A DNA stretch of 20,000 nucleotides, taken from the IMG/VR virus record IMGVR_UViG_3300042891_000356. One strand, given 5' to 3'. Positions 8,146 through 16,290 of the stretch are shown here, in pieces; positions within the stretch are counted from its first letter, which is position 1, and every line of letters begins with the position of its first letter. The notes beneath the pieces are model-generated. The model had not been told where the DNA came from and did no database searches. It worked only from the letters and a program-made list of their open reading frames with translations. The DNA is from an uncultured virus (IMG/VR IMGVR_UViG_3300042891_000356). Taxonomy: Duplodnaviria; Heunggongvirae; Uroviricota; Caudoviricetes. Made by a program: the position numbers and the translations under genes.

Positions 8146-8158
8146 ATTAAGTATTTAT
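8146..8158 (-). promoter_or_regulatory. T4-late-like promoter box ATAAATA(CTTAAT)
   Basis: ATAAATA at 8158-8152, about 25 nt upstream of ATG 8127. Same 13-mer as 1891-1903. Confidence 0.65.
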
Positions 8159-8169
8159 TTGAATAAGTT

Positions 8170-8198
8170 ATTATAGTTTATAATAGTTTAACAGTCAA
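8170..8198 (-). promoter_or_regulatory. Sigma70-type promoter TTGACT-N17-TATAAT
   Basis: -35 at 8198-8193, 17-nt spacer, perfect -10 at 8175-8170, pointing into the nucleotidyltransferase cluster. Confidence 0.7.
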
Positions 8199-8225
8199 TA
8201 AAAAACCGCCCTTATGAGCGGTTTG
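8198..8225 (-). terminator. Rho-independent terminator after the nuclease gene
   Basis: Minus strand AAACCGCTC-ATAA-GGGCGGTTTTTTATT: GC stem with one G-U pair, then a U-tract, about 16 nt after the stop at 8241. Confidence 0.8.
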
Positions 8226-8240
8226 GTTTGTTTGGATTAG

Positions 8241-8954
8241 TTACTTAGGCAATGCAAACTTTAGTCCTGATGCTTGTTCTACAGCAGCCACAGTAGTTTC
8301 GTACTTAGGTAAGTCTGCTACAGGCAGTGGACCGTTGGGCATTAAATAAGCCTTAACTTTCTTACTGTTCTTTTCAATGATAATCTTGTATAAGCGTGTA
8401 GGAATACCTAAACCATTACCCGTCTTTTGATGGCCAGCATCAAAGATACCACCCGAAATAATGTAGTAGTCTGTACCTGGTTGCTTTGCCCACTCACGTT
8501 CAAATGTTTCTAACTGTTTCCAAATGCCACGGTTGTTGTTGGCTATTTGCGGTTGCATATTGCTTAGGTAAAAACTCTCACTCATGATTGCTGGATCTTG
8601 TGTGTTATTACCTGCTGGGCTCATATGACCACGGTCATGTGTACGACCTACTGTAGCATAGTCAGCAAGTGTTGCTGAACATGCCGGTGTAACTTTTGGG
8701 TCTGGGCGGAAGTCATCTTTACGTTTAGCAGGACCAGTCATATCTTCTGATGATAATCGTTCGAATACTGCAATAGGTGCTTTAACAGCACAGCTATGTA
8801 TAATAGCATAATTCTTGTGACAAATTTCTTGATCGCCCGGCTTGGCTGCGTAGGTTGCACTACCTGCGGCTGTTAATGCAGGGCACTCTTGATTGATACC
8901 TGCCCATGCCGTTGATGATACTAAAATTGATAATACTAATACTAACTTTTTCAT
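8241..8954 (-). CDS. DNA/RNA non-specific endonuclease (NucA/Serratia-type, beta-beta-alpha-Me) with signal peptide
   Basis: R.DDFRPD, DY....DRGHMSPA, SFYLSNMQPQ...NRGIWKQLE, IPTRLYKII. N-terminal MKK + hydrophobic + AWA signal peptide. AGGAG RBS at 8965-8961. Confidence 0.92.
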   Translation of the reverse strand: MKKLVLVLSILVSSTAWAGINQECPALTAAGSATYAAKPGDQEICHKNYAIIHSCAVKAPIAVFERLSSEDMTGPAKRKDDFRPDPKVTPACSATLADYATVGRTHDRGHMSPAGNNTQDPAIMSESFYLSNMQPQIANNNRGIWKQLETFEREWAKQPGTDYYIISGGIFDAGHQKTGNGLGIPTRLYKIIIEKNSKKVKAYLMPNGPLPVADLPKYETTVAAVEQASGLKFALPK

Positions 8955-8971
8955 TGAAATCTCCTATAATA

Positions 8972-8979
8972 TATTTATA
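8972..8979 (-). promoter_or_regulatory. T4-late consensus promoter TATAAATA
   Basis: Exact TATAAATA overlapping the stop of the upstream oxygenase, 18 nt before ATG 8954. Confidence 0.65.
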
Positions 8980-9589
8980 CTACAGGCATCCACGTATTCA
9001 ATACAAACGGTGTAGCATGTACATATTTTAATGGTACAAAGTCCATGCTGATACTAATCCTAGGTTCATCACCAGTCCAGGGTTCTACCATATGTACATC
9101 ACCTATATCTTCGTACAAGGTAATAGTATTATTTTCGCAGGGCATGTCATAGGTAGCATCGGGGAATTTATAGATAGTTGTGCTGGGCTCTGCGTTTATA
9201 TAATAGCTACAAACATAAGTTTCGTGTAGGCCACTTAGCGCACCCCAATGGTTGTGCCAGGGGATACTGTCACCTTTTTCTAAATAGTTTAACCAAGCGT
9301 GTACACAGTAAGGTTGATCATATTGATTAACTTCTTTAAAGAAAGTACAGGCTTCTCGATATAGTTGATGTATTTCTTGATAGGGAAAGGTTAGTGCATT
9401 GTAGTAGTCGTGATACTTGCTACTCATAGGCACACCTTCTAACTGTTTAGCTAACTCGTTCTGATAGTATTTGTTGTCGGGTACAGTAAGATCGCTATAG
9501 GCTTTGGTAATCTTATTGTTAATACGTCTAGCATCACGTTTAAGTCGATCTAGATCTAGATTAATCTTTTTTATTTGTATTGGTGTCAT
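8975..9589 (-). CDS. Putative 2OG-Fe(II) oxygenase
   Basis: AWLN....GD.IPWHNH...SYYIN...H.VEP.....RISISMD matches the HxH/D...H...RxS pattern of phage 2OG-Fe(II) oxygenases. Confidence 0.75.
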   Translation of the reverse strand: MTPIQIKKINLDLDRLKRDARRINNKITKAYSDLTVPDNKYYQNELAKQLEGVPMSSKYHDYYNALTFPYQEIHQLYREACTFFKEVNQYDQPYCVHAWLNYLEKGDSIPWHNHWGALSGLHETYVCSYYINAEPSTTIYKFPDATYDMPCENNTITLYEDIGDVHMVEPWTGDEPRISISMDFVPLKYVHATPFVLNTWMPVV

Positions 9590-10325
9590 TTGAAATTAAT
9601 CGTGATAATTGATAAGTCCAGTCAATGCCTTGACCTAGACTATGATCTGCTAGACTTTGGTCTTCGTGATGGTTTTTATGCCATGTTTCACCAAAGCCAA
9701 ACCACATATAACTTCTACTGTTATTAGGACCTAGATCATCATGTTGCATCAACAGTACTAATGCTACTGCCCATAAGGTTAGACTGCAAGGAATTAACCA
9801 TAAGAATAGCAATGCTTTCCAACTGATTAGATAAAATATAGCCGCGTTAGCAAATACAAATGGCCAATAGAATTGATGTACAAATCCGTAACGTTTTGTC
9901 AATTCTGCCATGTTTCTGTTAAATTTAATTTCTTTTTGATCTATTTGTCTGTGGAAACAGTATAACACACTACGCCAGCCGCGATTTGGACCATGCGGAT
10001 CCTGATCACTATCGTGTATTCTGTGATGCACTTGATGGATGCTAGCATAGCATATTGGACTGCCCATGCCGCCCATCATAGCACACCAAGCAACAAACCA
10101 TTCTGTGGGCTTGTTCATAGTAAAGTAATGGTGACAGTAATAACGGTGCATACCGATATTATTACCAATAGCCAGATATAAGAAGTAAAAGATAAAACTA
10201 CCTAACCACCATAGCCAATCTGCACCGCTGGTAACAGCTAGATATAGATATACAGGCAACATAACCTGCATTAGAGTCATCCAAAAATAATTAGGTTGAC
10301 TTAGCCATTTGATAAATTTATTCAC
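9561..10325 (-). CDS. Membrane fatty-acid desaturase (delta-9-like)
   Basis: His boxes HRYYCH, HQVHH and HKNHH, DPHGP, GETWH, and hydrophobic TM segments. Confidence 0.88.
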   Translation of the reverse strand: MNKFIKWLSQPNYFWMTLMQVMLPVYLYLAVTSGADWLWWLGSFIFYFLYLAIGNNIGMHRYYCHHYFTMNKPTEWFVAWCAMMGGMGSPICYASIHQVHHRIHDSDQDPHGPNRGWRSVLYCFHRQIDQKEIKFNRNMAELTKRYGFVHQFYWPFVFANAAIFYLISWKALLFLWLIPCSLTLWAVALVLLMQHDDLGPNNSRSYMWFGFGETWHKNHHEDQSLADHSLGQGIDWTYQLSRLISNDTNTNKKD

Positions 10326-11116
10326 GGTTGCCCTTTTGTATTAAATTTAGGAAAAAATATTTTACTAAAATGATATGTGTAATCTATTTCATTAGTATAT
10401 ATCGCTGTATTTGGCGCCATTGGCCAATTGTGATGATTTAAATGCAGTCCTTCATACCAAGGTTCAATTAGATGTGTTGAACAGTTATTGGCCTTCATTG
10501 GCCAATGCTGTCTTAATACTGCAAATCCAATACCCCAAATTGCTAGTGACACAGGGATTAACCAACAAAATAAAAATATTTTATAATCAATCATCCATAA
10601 TAGTGCGGCATTGGCTAATATAATAGGAACATAATACCTATGTAACCACCAATACCTTTTACTTAATTCTAAAACATGTCTATTGAATACAGGAGTTATG
10701 CTGGGATTAATTGGGCGTTGGAAACAGAATAGAACTGAACGTAGTCCGCATGATGGGCCATGTGGATCCAATGGGGTATCGGTATATTTAGGATTATGAT
10801 GTACCGTATGAGTCATTGCATAGCTTAACGGATCGCCCATGCCTATCATAGACCCACACCATAAAAAGAAGTGTTCAACAGGTTTTGCTACTGTAAAGTG
10901 TCCGTGTGTGAAATAACGATGTAGTGCAATATTATTTCCAATCATTGTATAGATTACTAGGTAAAAGAAAACAGCAACTAACCACCACACTGTGCCTGCA
11001 TCGGATATTATACCAAGATAGATACTAACTGGCAATAACAGTTGTAGTATCGTGGCAAATTGTCTAAAGGGATTTAGTAGATTAATAGCTAGTTTATTTC
11101 GGTCACTAATGCGCAT
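10322..11116 (-). CDS. Membrane fatty-acid desaturase (delta-9-like), second copy
   Basis: His boxes HRYFTH, HTVHH and HLNHH, DTPLDPHGP, EGLH, and TM segments. Confidence 0.88.
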   Translation of the reverse strand: MRISDRNKLAINLLNPFRQFATILQLLLPVSIYLGIISDAGTVWWLVAVFFYLVIYTMIGNNIALHRYFTHGHFTVAKPVEHFFLWCGSMIGMGDPLSYAMTHTVHHNPKYTDTPLDPHGPSCGLRSVLFCFQRPINPSITPVFNRHVLELSKRYWWLHRYYVPIILANAALLWMIDYKIFLFCWLIPVSLAIWGIGFAVLRQHWPMKANNCSTHLIEPWYEGLHLNHHNWPMAPNTAIYTNEIDYTYHFSKIFFPKFNTKGQP

Positions 11117-11601
11117 ATTGCATGCTCTGGAATTATCAATTCTACTGACTTACCTGGAAATACTTTACTATGTTGTAGACTAGTTAATTTTTTACCGTTA
11201 GCAGTAATTGGACCCGTAATAACCACAACGACTACTCGTTTATCACCAGCAGTGATTGTTTGAGCAACGGGACCATTTACTATTTCTGTGTGCAAATTTC
11301 TAGTTGCTGGTACAGGATTTATGTGAAACAATGTAAGTCCACTATCGGTAGTGCGGATAATTTGATAATTACCCTTGCTATGACTTGTATCTACAATTGT
11401 TCCTGGAGCGCCAGTGGCTTCACTTATGTATATTTCACCTTCCGGTGTTTTAAATTCAGCCCAACCCTTGCCCTCTAAAACATACACAGATGGATGATAG
11501 TGGCCATCGCCATCGTTGAAATATTCAATTTCTTCGTGCGGGCTCCAGTGTATCATGCAGTAAACAAAGTTACCAGCATTGAGGGCATTATTTAAAATCA
11601 T
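11089..11601 (-). CDS. Hypothetical protein, possibly cupin/double-stranded beta-helix
   Basis: Beta-rich 170-aa ORF with H.H..VYVLEGKG and VVITGPITANG cupin-like turns. Overlaps both neighbours. Confidence 0.6.
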   Translation of the reverse strand: MILNNALNAGNFVYCMIHWSPHEEIEYFNDGDGHYHPSVYVLEGKGWAEFKTPEGEIYISEATGAPGTIVDTSHSKGNYQIIRTTDSGLTLFHINPVPATRNLHTEIVNGPVAQTITAGDKRVVVVVITGPITANGKKLTSLQHSKVFPGKSVELIIPEHAICALVTEIN

Positions 11602-11936
11602 AGTATTACTTCGGGTGTTGCAATTGCATCTATTACCGGTGGAGCTGACGCTACAATTGCACTAGCATCAACTTCAGCGGTATATCCACTCCAAGCACTA
11701 AAATCTATTGCTGACGTATGAGCTTCTAATGCATCTCTAACTGCGACATACTGCGATACTTGGTATCTAATAGATTCAATAAATTGTTCCGGAGTTAATA
11801 TTGACGTATCGGTTATTTGAAAACCCATAGCTGTATATTCATCAATTGGTTTTGCACTTGCGTCACTAGCATATTTTACTATGATATTATTAGCTGTGCT
11901 ATCTATATCGATAATTTTAATTGTAATTTTTGACAT
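11598..11936 (-). CDS. Hypothetical phage protein
   Basis: 112-aa ORF with AAGGA RBS at about 11944-11948 and an ATGA overlap with the next gene. Confidence 0.75.
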   Translation of the reverse strand: MSKITIKIIDIDSTANNIIVKYASDASAKPIDEYTAMGFQITDTSILTPEQFIESIRYQVSQYVAVRDALEAHTSAIDFSAWSGYTAEVDASAIVASAPPVIDAIATPEVIL

Positions 11937-11954
11937 TGAACTTTCCTTATTGTT

Positions 11955-12488
11955 TTATTTATAGATGTAATTTAAGTTAATAACACATCTGGTTTTTTGA
12001 TCTGTACAGGATGATCCTGCATGTTCGGTATCGGAAGAAAATGCTACTAATCGATTTTCAATAGATTCTATTTTTGTACCATCTGCTAAGATAGTAAATC
12101 CATTATTTGTGTTTACGTAGAATACCGCAGTATATTTTTCAAAATTATCAAAGTCGCTAGTGTATTCAACATCGGTATGATAGTCATACTGAATTATATC
12201 ATGAGTGGCTGGTAGCAGATTAGCTTTGATTCTTACAAGTTCAATTGTCTTATTTGGTAATACGATTGGATTAATCAACGGAGCTATAATATTAAACCAA
12301 TCACTGCGTACAACGTAATTATTGTAGAATATATGGGTGAATTGATAATTGTACTTGTCCTCCACTATTGATTCTTCATTGTATAATACTTTAGTTGGGC
12401 ACAAGTACCACGGAAAATCAGACCCAAGCAGGGTATTTTTGAGTAAATTAAAGTCTTCTGTACTTAGATAATTATCTATTATGTTCAT
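11955..12488 (-). CDS. 2OG-Fe(II) oxygenase superfamily protein (177 aa; start corrected to 12488)
   Basis: MNIIDNYL...FPWY...RIKANL...YHTD...TAVFYVNTNNG.T...NRLV.F....HAG.......R.VINLNY gives HxD...H...R. ATG 12488 follows the stop of the 806-aa gene at 12490. Confidence 0.82.
   Translation of the reverse strand: MNIIDNYLSTEDFNLLKNTLLGSDFPWYLCPTKVLYNEESIVEDKYNYQFTHIFYNNYVVRSDWFNIIAPLINPIVLPNKTIELVRIKANLLPATHDIIQYDYHTDVEYTSDFDNFEKYTAVFYVNTNNGFTILADGTKIESIENRLVAFSSDTEHAGSSCTDQKTRCVINLNYIYK
11956..11963 (-). promoter_or_regulatory. T4-late consensus promoter TATAAATA
   Basis: Exact TATAAATA in the last codons of the upstream gene, 20 nt before ATG 11936. Confidence 0.5.
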
Positions 12489-12489
12489 A

Positions 12490-14910
12490 TTATCCAGGTT
12501 GTAGTCCAGTCCATGTAATTGTACCAAAGCCAGATCGTCCTGCTGATCCCGGAACATTTTTGTATCCAGCAGCTGAACCATTTCCTCCGCTTGCACCGCC
12601 ATTGGTAGATCCTTTACCCGGACTAAATGAACCTCGAGCTCTAGCTGCACCGCCTGCACCGCCAGACTGCGATAAAATAGTGCTTGCACCTAAGGTAATA
12701 GCAGATGATCCTCCGCTCGCACCTTGACCTTGTCCCCCACCGCCGGCACCACCAGACCCAATGTCATATGAATATGTTTGACCTGCTGACACAGTTCGAG
12801 TCACTGACACTAAATCCGATGCTCCGCCACCAAGCCCATACAAATTATGATTTTTATCTCCGCCATCTGATCCACCACCACCACCACCACCGCCACATAT
12901 AGTAAATGTAGCAGACGTTACATAATCAGGCACAGTCCAACTTCCACTACCGGATAATGTTAAACTACCAGTAAATGGTATAGGTGCTCTCGAAGTATCA
13001 GCAATAGCACAACTAGCACTTCCTGGTACACCGTGTAATGTAATAGTTAATCTTTCGATGCCTTCTGTGAGTGAATCTGATGCTAGAGTAAATGACGCAG
13101 TGTTTACATTTCCAACTATAAAATTGCCAGTCATTGATCCAGATGATAAGTCTGCGGCACTAATGCCACTAACTGAATATGGAATTACTGTGCCTGAATC
13201 AACATAACTAGTTGATAAAGTAAATGTAACTGATTCACTTTCATCTATTGTTGCAACATTGCCAGTAAGTGAATATACCGGAGTCAATGATGTATCTAAT
13301 ACTGTACAAGTTGCAGATGCAGTAGAATTATCAACTGACACACGTATTGTTCTTGTACCATTTGTGGTATTATTTTCTCTAGGAGTAAATGTAATGGTAT
13401 CAGTTGTACCAACAATAAAATTACCCGTTAATGCACCAGCCGATAAATCAACCGCATCGATACCTGTAGCAGTATAAGGAATCGATGTACCTGCAGCAAT
13501 ACCTGTAGTTGCTAGTGTAAATACCACTGAATCACCTTCGGTAATACTTGCTGAATCTGCAGATAATGAATATGTTATTGCAGGAGTTAATAAATTTTCA
13601 GAACCAACAACAGCATCTGCAGAAATCAATGGTTCCCATACTCCACTAACTTTAGTCCAACCATTTAATAGTTGTCGCCATGAGCCGCCAACTTTGACCC
13701 AGGCACTGTTAACTGGGTTCCAATTACCGGAACGTTTTACATTTATATTAAATGATTTATTAAATATTAATAAAGCAGCTCCACTATTTGAAGCATACCC
13801 AACATTTCTACCTGGATAAACTGATACATTAACACCACCCGGAGTTGTTCCGCTACCACCATAAATTACTGTGCCAAAACTTACTCCGCCTTGACCACCC
13901 TTGCCAGCAGCACCACTTGCTCCAGCAAGTCCGCTATAAAATCCACCACCGCCACCACCACCTGTAGCCGGTCCTGAAGCTGATGGTAAACCGGATCCTT
14001 GTGTGCCTGATCCAATTCCTAAAATAGTTGCTGCTGTTGCGGCTGTACCTACAGCTCCAGCGGTCCCACCGCCACCGCCACCGCCACCACCTGCGGCAAC
14101 TGCAACAATAGTTCCATTTACAGTGATTACTGTAGCGGCACCACCGCCACCCCCACGACCTCCATTCGATGATACTCCGGCACTGCCACCATTGAAGCTA
14201 GAGGATACTGCACTTTGTCCGCCTACAGACCCAACTCCTGCACTACCAACTGAAATTACAATTACATCGCCTGCGGTAACTTGAATTTTTCTTGATGCAT
14301 AACCCCCGCCAGCGCCTTGACCACCAGCACCGCCATTTGCTGGCTCATAAACGGGTGTAACTAAATCTGAATATTCAACTTGTGTAGTATATATAGGTTG
14401 TGTAGTGTAAACTGCTTGAGATGAATATACTGGTCGAGTTTCATACACTGGCTCAGTCGAAAATACCGGTACAGTTGAATATACTGGTACAGTTCGATAT
14501 CTCATTATCAGGCCGCCCGAATGTGAGGTATTTTTATTACTACTAGGATTGCTAGAATATTTTCTGTCGTTTATTGTTGCAGATTCAAGATATGCTTCTT
14601 GTGTTGTACCTGTTTGTACCCGTTGTGTACCTGTCTGTACTTGCTGTGTACCTGTCTGTACCTGTTCTGTACCTATTTGTATTTGCTGTGTACCTGTTTG
14701 TACCTGCTGTGTACCTGTCTGTACCTGTGCTGTACCTGTTTGTACCCGAGTTGTAGAGGTACCACTTTGTAGTTGAACTTTTGGTCCTTGGGCACCAGCA
14801 GCTCCTCCAGCACCCCATATATGAAATTCAAGTGATCCTACTCCTTGCGGAATAATATAGGTATAGGTACCGGGTGTAGTATATGATGTAGTTTGACTTA
14901 TAAGACTCAT
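12490..14910 (-). CDS. Glycine-rich virion fibre/adhesin-like structural protein with two Ig/Calx-beta-like repeats
   Basis: Two 'T..G..T..(I/V)P..V.S..F.I.G(A/G)GG' Gly-rich domains, WxKVxGxW repeats, and duplicated YSL....(S/T)I.E..SV.FTL.T.....GT.IPY...GI.A.DLS.G..TGNFIVG domains. Confidence 0.75.
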   Translation of the reverse strand: MSLISQTTSYTTPGTYTYIIPQGVGSLEFHIWGAGGAAGAQGPKVQLQSGTSTTRVQTGTAQVQTGTQQVQTGTQQIQIGTEQVQTGTQQVQTGTQRVQTGTTQEAYLESATINDRKYSSNPSSNKNTSHSGGLIMRYRTVPVYSTVPVFSTEPVYETRPVYSSQAVYTTQPIYTTQVEYSDLVTPVYEPANGGAGGQGAGGGYASRKIQVTAGDVIVISVGSAGVGSVGGQSAVSSSFNGGSAGVSSNGGRGGGGGAATVITVNGTIVAVAAGGGGGGGGGTAGAVGTAATAATILGIGSGTQGSGLPSASGPATGGGGGGGFYSGLAGASGAAGKGGQGGVSFGTVIYGGSGTTPGGVNVSVYPGRNVGYASNSGAALLIFNKSFNINVKRSGNWNPVNSAWVKVGGSWRQLLNGWTKVSGVWEPLISADAVVGSENLLTPAITYSLSADSASITEGDSVVFTLATTGIAAGTSIPYTATGIDAVDLSAGALTGNFIVGTTDTITFTPRENNTTNGTRTIRVSVDNSTASATCTVLDTSLTPVYSLTGNVATIDESESVTFTLSTSYVDSGTVIPYSVSGISAADLSSGSMTGNFIVGNVNTASFTLASDSLTEGIERLTITLHGVPGSASCAIADTSRAPIPFTGSLTLSGSGSWTVPDYVTSATFTICGGGGGGGGSDGGDKNHNLYGLGGGASDLVSVTRTVSAGQTYSYDIGSGGAGGGGQGQGASGGSSAITLGASTILSQSGGAGGAARARGSFSPGKGSTNGGASGGNGSAAGYKNVPGSAGRSGFGTITWTGLQPG
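14341..14496 (-). repeat. Degenerate 18-bp (6-aa) coding repeat, consensus xTxPVY
   Basis: RTVPVY STVPVF STEPVY ETRPVY SSQAVY TTQPIY TTQVEY...TPVYEP. Confidence 0.8.
14602..14748 (-). repeat. 21-bp tandem coding repeat x7, (Q/R)VQTGT(Q)
   Basis: RVQTGTA QVQTGTQ QVQTGTQ QIQIGTE QVQTGTQ QVQTGTQ RVQTGTT. Repeated tgtacctg is visible on the plus strand. Confidence 0.92.
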
Positions 14911-15710
14911 TAATCAGTTTCCTTGGTGTTGCAAATTGTGTCGTAATCTTGCATTGTTAGTGTATTACCTTCTTGACTAAGAGCAATTAAGCGTTCTGCT
15001 AAATCATGTAAATCCGCATCTGTTTCAGCATCTTCGCGAGCATATTCAAATAAGCGTATTAATAGTGGAATGTCAACACTAACAACATCTTGTGGATTAA
15101 AACTTTCGTCTAATTCTACTGTATCCAATTCTTTAGCATCTAATTCTGTTGAATCTAATTCTTTATTATCTAATTCTTTAGTATTCAATGATTTAATTTC
15201 TGTGTCAACTGGTGTTTTTTCAATTGGAGTAGCACCAATTGCTGAACCTAACCCGCCACCTTTTGCTCCACCACCTGCACCATCATCTGCGCTGTGCCAT
15301 TGATCTGTACCATCATGCCATTGATCATTTCCGTTGTGCCAAGCTGGGTTATCACCGGTCCACGCATCTTCTTTAAAGTGTTTAAAATAATTAACCTGAC
15401 GTTCACGTTTTTCAGCGCCAGCTCGAGTTGGATACTTGCCCAAGTTCTTACCTGATTTACTAACAAGTTCGTATTGACTTCCTACTTTCTTAATTGTTTC
15501 GTCTACTGGTTTAGCTAGAGCAGTAACTTTCTGATGAATACGTGTACTATATTCTTTACCGTGTTTGTTACGTAGATGTGTCATGTAATCAAAGTATTCT
15601 TGACGTGCAGCGGGATTAGCTAATGCGCTATTCACTAGACCACGTGCTGTAATGACATCAGCCATTTCAGTATCTTCTTTAACTACGGGATTTAAATCAT
15701 ATATTCTCAT
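14910..15710 (-). CDS. Modular hypothetical protein, probable head-associated
   Basis: 266 aa, starting MRIYDLNPVVKE. Segments are bounded by VKE, VDE, FKE and LDE, with internal short repeats. Confidence 0.75.
   Translation of the reverse strand: MRIYDLNPVVKEDTEMADVITARGLVNSALANPAARQEYFDYMTHLRNKHGKEYSTRIHQKVTALAKPVDETIKKVGSQYELVSKSGKNLGKYPTRAGAEKRERQVNYFKHFKEDAWTGDNPAWHNGNDQWHDGTDQWHSADDGAGGGAKGGGLGSAIGATPIEKTPVDTEIKSLNTKELDNKELDSTELDAKELDTVELDESFNPQDVVSVDIPLLIRLFEYAREDAETDADLHDLAERLIALSQEGNTLTMQDYDTICNTKETD
15109..15183 (-). repeat. 15-bp tandem coding repeat x5 (xxELD)
   Basis: TKELD NKELD STELD AKELD TVELD. Plus-strand units are tc(t/c)aattct+6 nt. Confidence 0.85.
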
Positions 15711-15738
15711 ATTTGTTCTCGGACTGACTCATATAAGA

Positions 15739-15745
15739 TATTTAT
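15739..15745 (-). promoter_or_regulatory. T4-late-like box ATAAATA
   Basis: 29 nt upstream of ATG 15710, in the divergent intergenic region. Confidence 0.55.
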
Positions 15746-15780
15746 GCTAATTTAATTCTAAGTAAAACTTACGAAAAGAC

Positions 15781-15809
15781 TTGACTTTAACTGCAAATGA
15801 TAGTATAAT
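15781..15809 (+). promoter_or_regulatory. Sigma70-type promoter TTGACT-N17-TATAAT
   Basis: TTGACT 15781-15786, 17-nt spacer, TATAAT 15804-15809, upstream of the only plus-strand gene. Confidence 0.8.
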
Positions 15810-15843
15810 AGCTATGTCTTTAATCAACCTAAGAGTAAACTCA

Positions 15844-16290
15844 ATGACGCAAGTAGCAGAACTATTAAATGAAATTATCGGTGACCCAATTAACGGACCA
15901 TATGAAGGCGAGGATTATTGGATTGATCAAGATGGCACAATACAAGTAGCTGAAAATAATGTTAAGTTAGCGGCTATCATTATGCGTCGAGCAAATAATA
16001 GTGGATACTTTGATACTAAGTTAGTCAAGGTGGGCAACAAGGGCGATAGTATATTACTTGGCTTTGATACGATGGCCGACATTGAGCCAATATACACAGC
16101 AAACATTGGTTTTAAACGTGATACGTTAGCTGAAGTTAAACGAGATAATGCTGGTAAGTTTTGTGTATATCTTAATAAGAAACGTGCTGCCCGTATGTTT
16201 AGTAAACTATCAGCAGTTAAAGCATACTTGAAGAAGTTAGACGCAGATTTACAAACAGACGGACAAGAACCAGAAGCACACGACGATTAA
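15844..16290 (+). CDS. Hypothetical protein (148 aa; probable early gene)
   Basis: Fills the gap between minus-strand genes. The track's TTG start coincides with the -35 box, so ATG 15844 (preceded by AAGAG) is preferred; ATG 15814 is an alternative. Confidence 0.75.
   Translation: MTQVAELLNEIIGDPINGPYEGEDYWIDQDGTIQVAENNVKLAAIIMRRANNSGYFDTKLVKVGNKGDSILLGFDTMADIEPIYTANIGFKRDTLAEVKRDNAGKFCVYLNKKRAARMFSKLSAVKAYLKKLDADLQTDGQEPEAHDD

Noticed and set aside
12489..12689. N-terminal 67 aa of the track's 244-aa ORF (11955..12689)
   Set aside because: It overlaps the Gly-rich end of the 806-aa gene in another frame. The oxygenase-like sequence begins at MNIIDNYL (ATG 12488), immediately after that gene's stop.
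12705..14284. Plus-strand poly-His and poly-Pro ORFs
   Set aside because: They are antisense read-outs of poly-Gly (GGT/GGC) codons in the fibre gene.
14602..14748. Possible CRISPR or mini-array
   Set aside because: Units are directly tandem with no unique spacers, keep the reading frame and vary at codon level, so this is a coding repeat.
14549..14818. Cys-rich (CCVPVCT)n ORF and other alternate-frame ORFs over the 21-bp repeat, resembling a metallothionein or RiPP precursor
   Set aside because: These are antisense or frame-shifted shadows of the VQTGTQQ repeat, with no RBS or promoter support.
15781..15843. TTG start of the 169-aa plus-strand ORF
   Set aside because: The TTG is the -35 hexamer of a TTGACT-N17-TATAAT promoter, so it would lie upstream of the transcript start.
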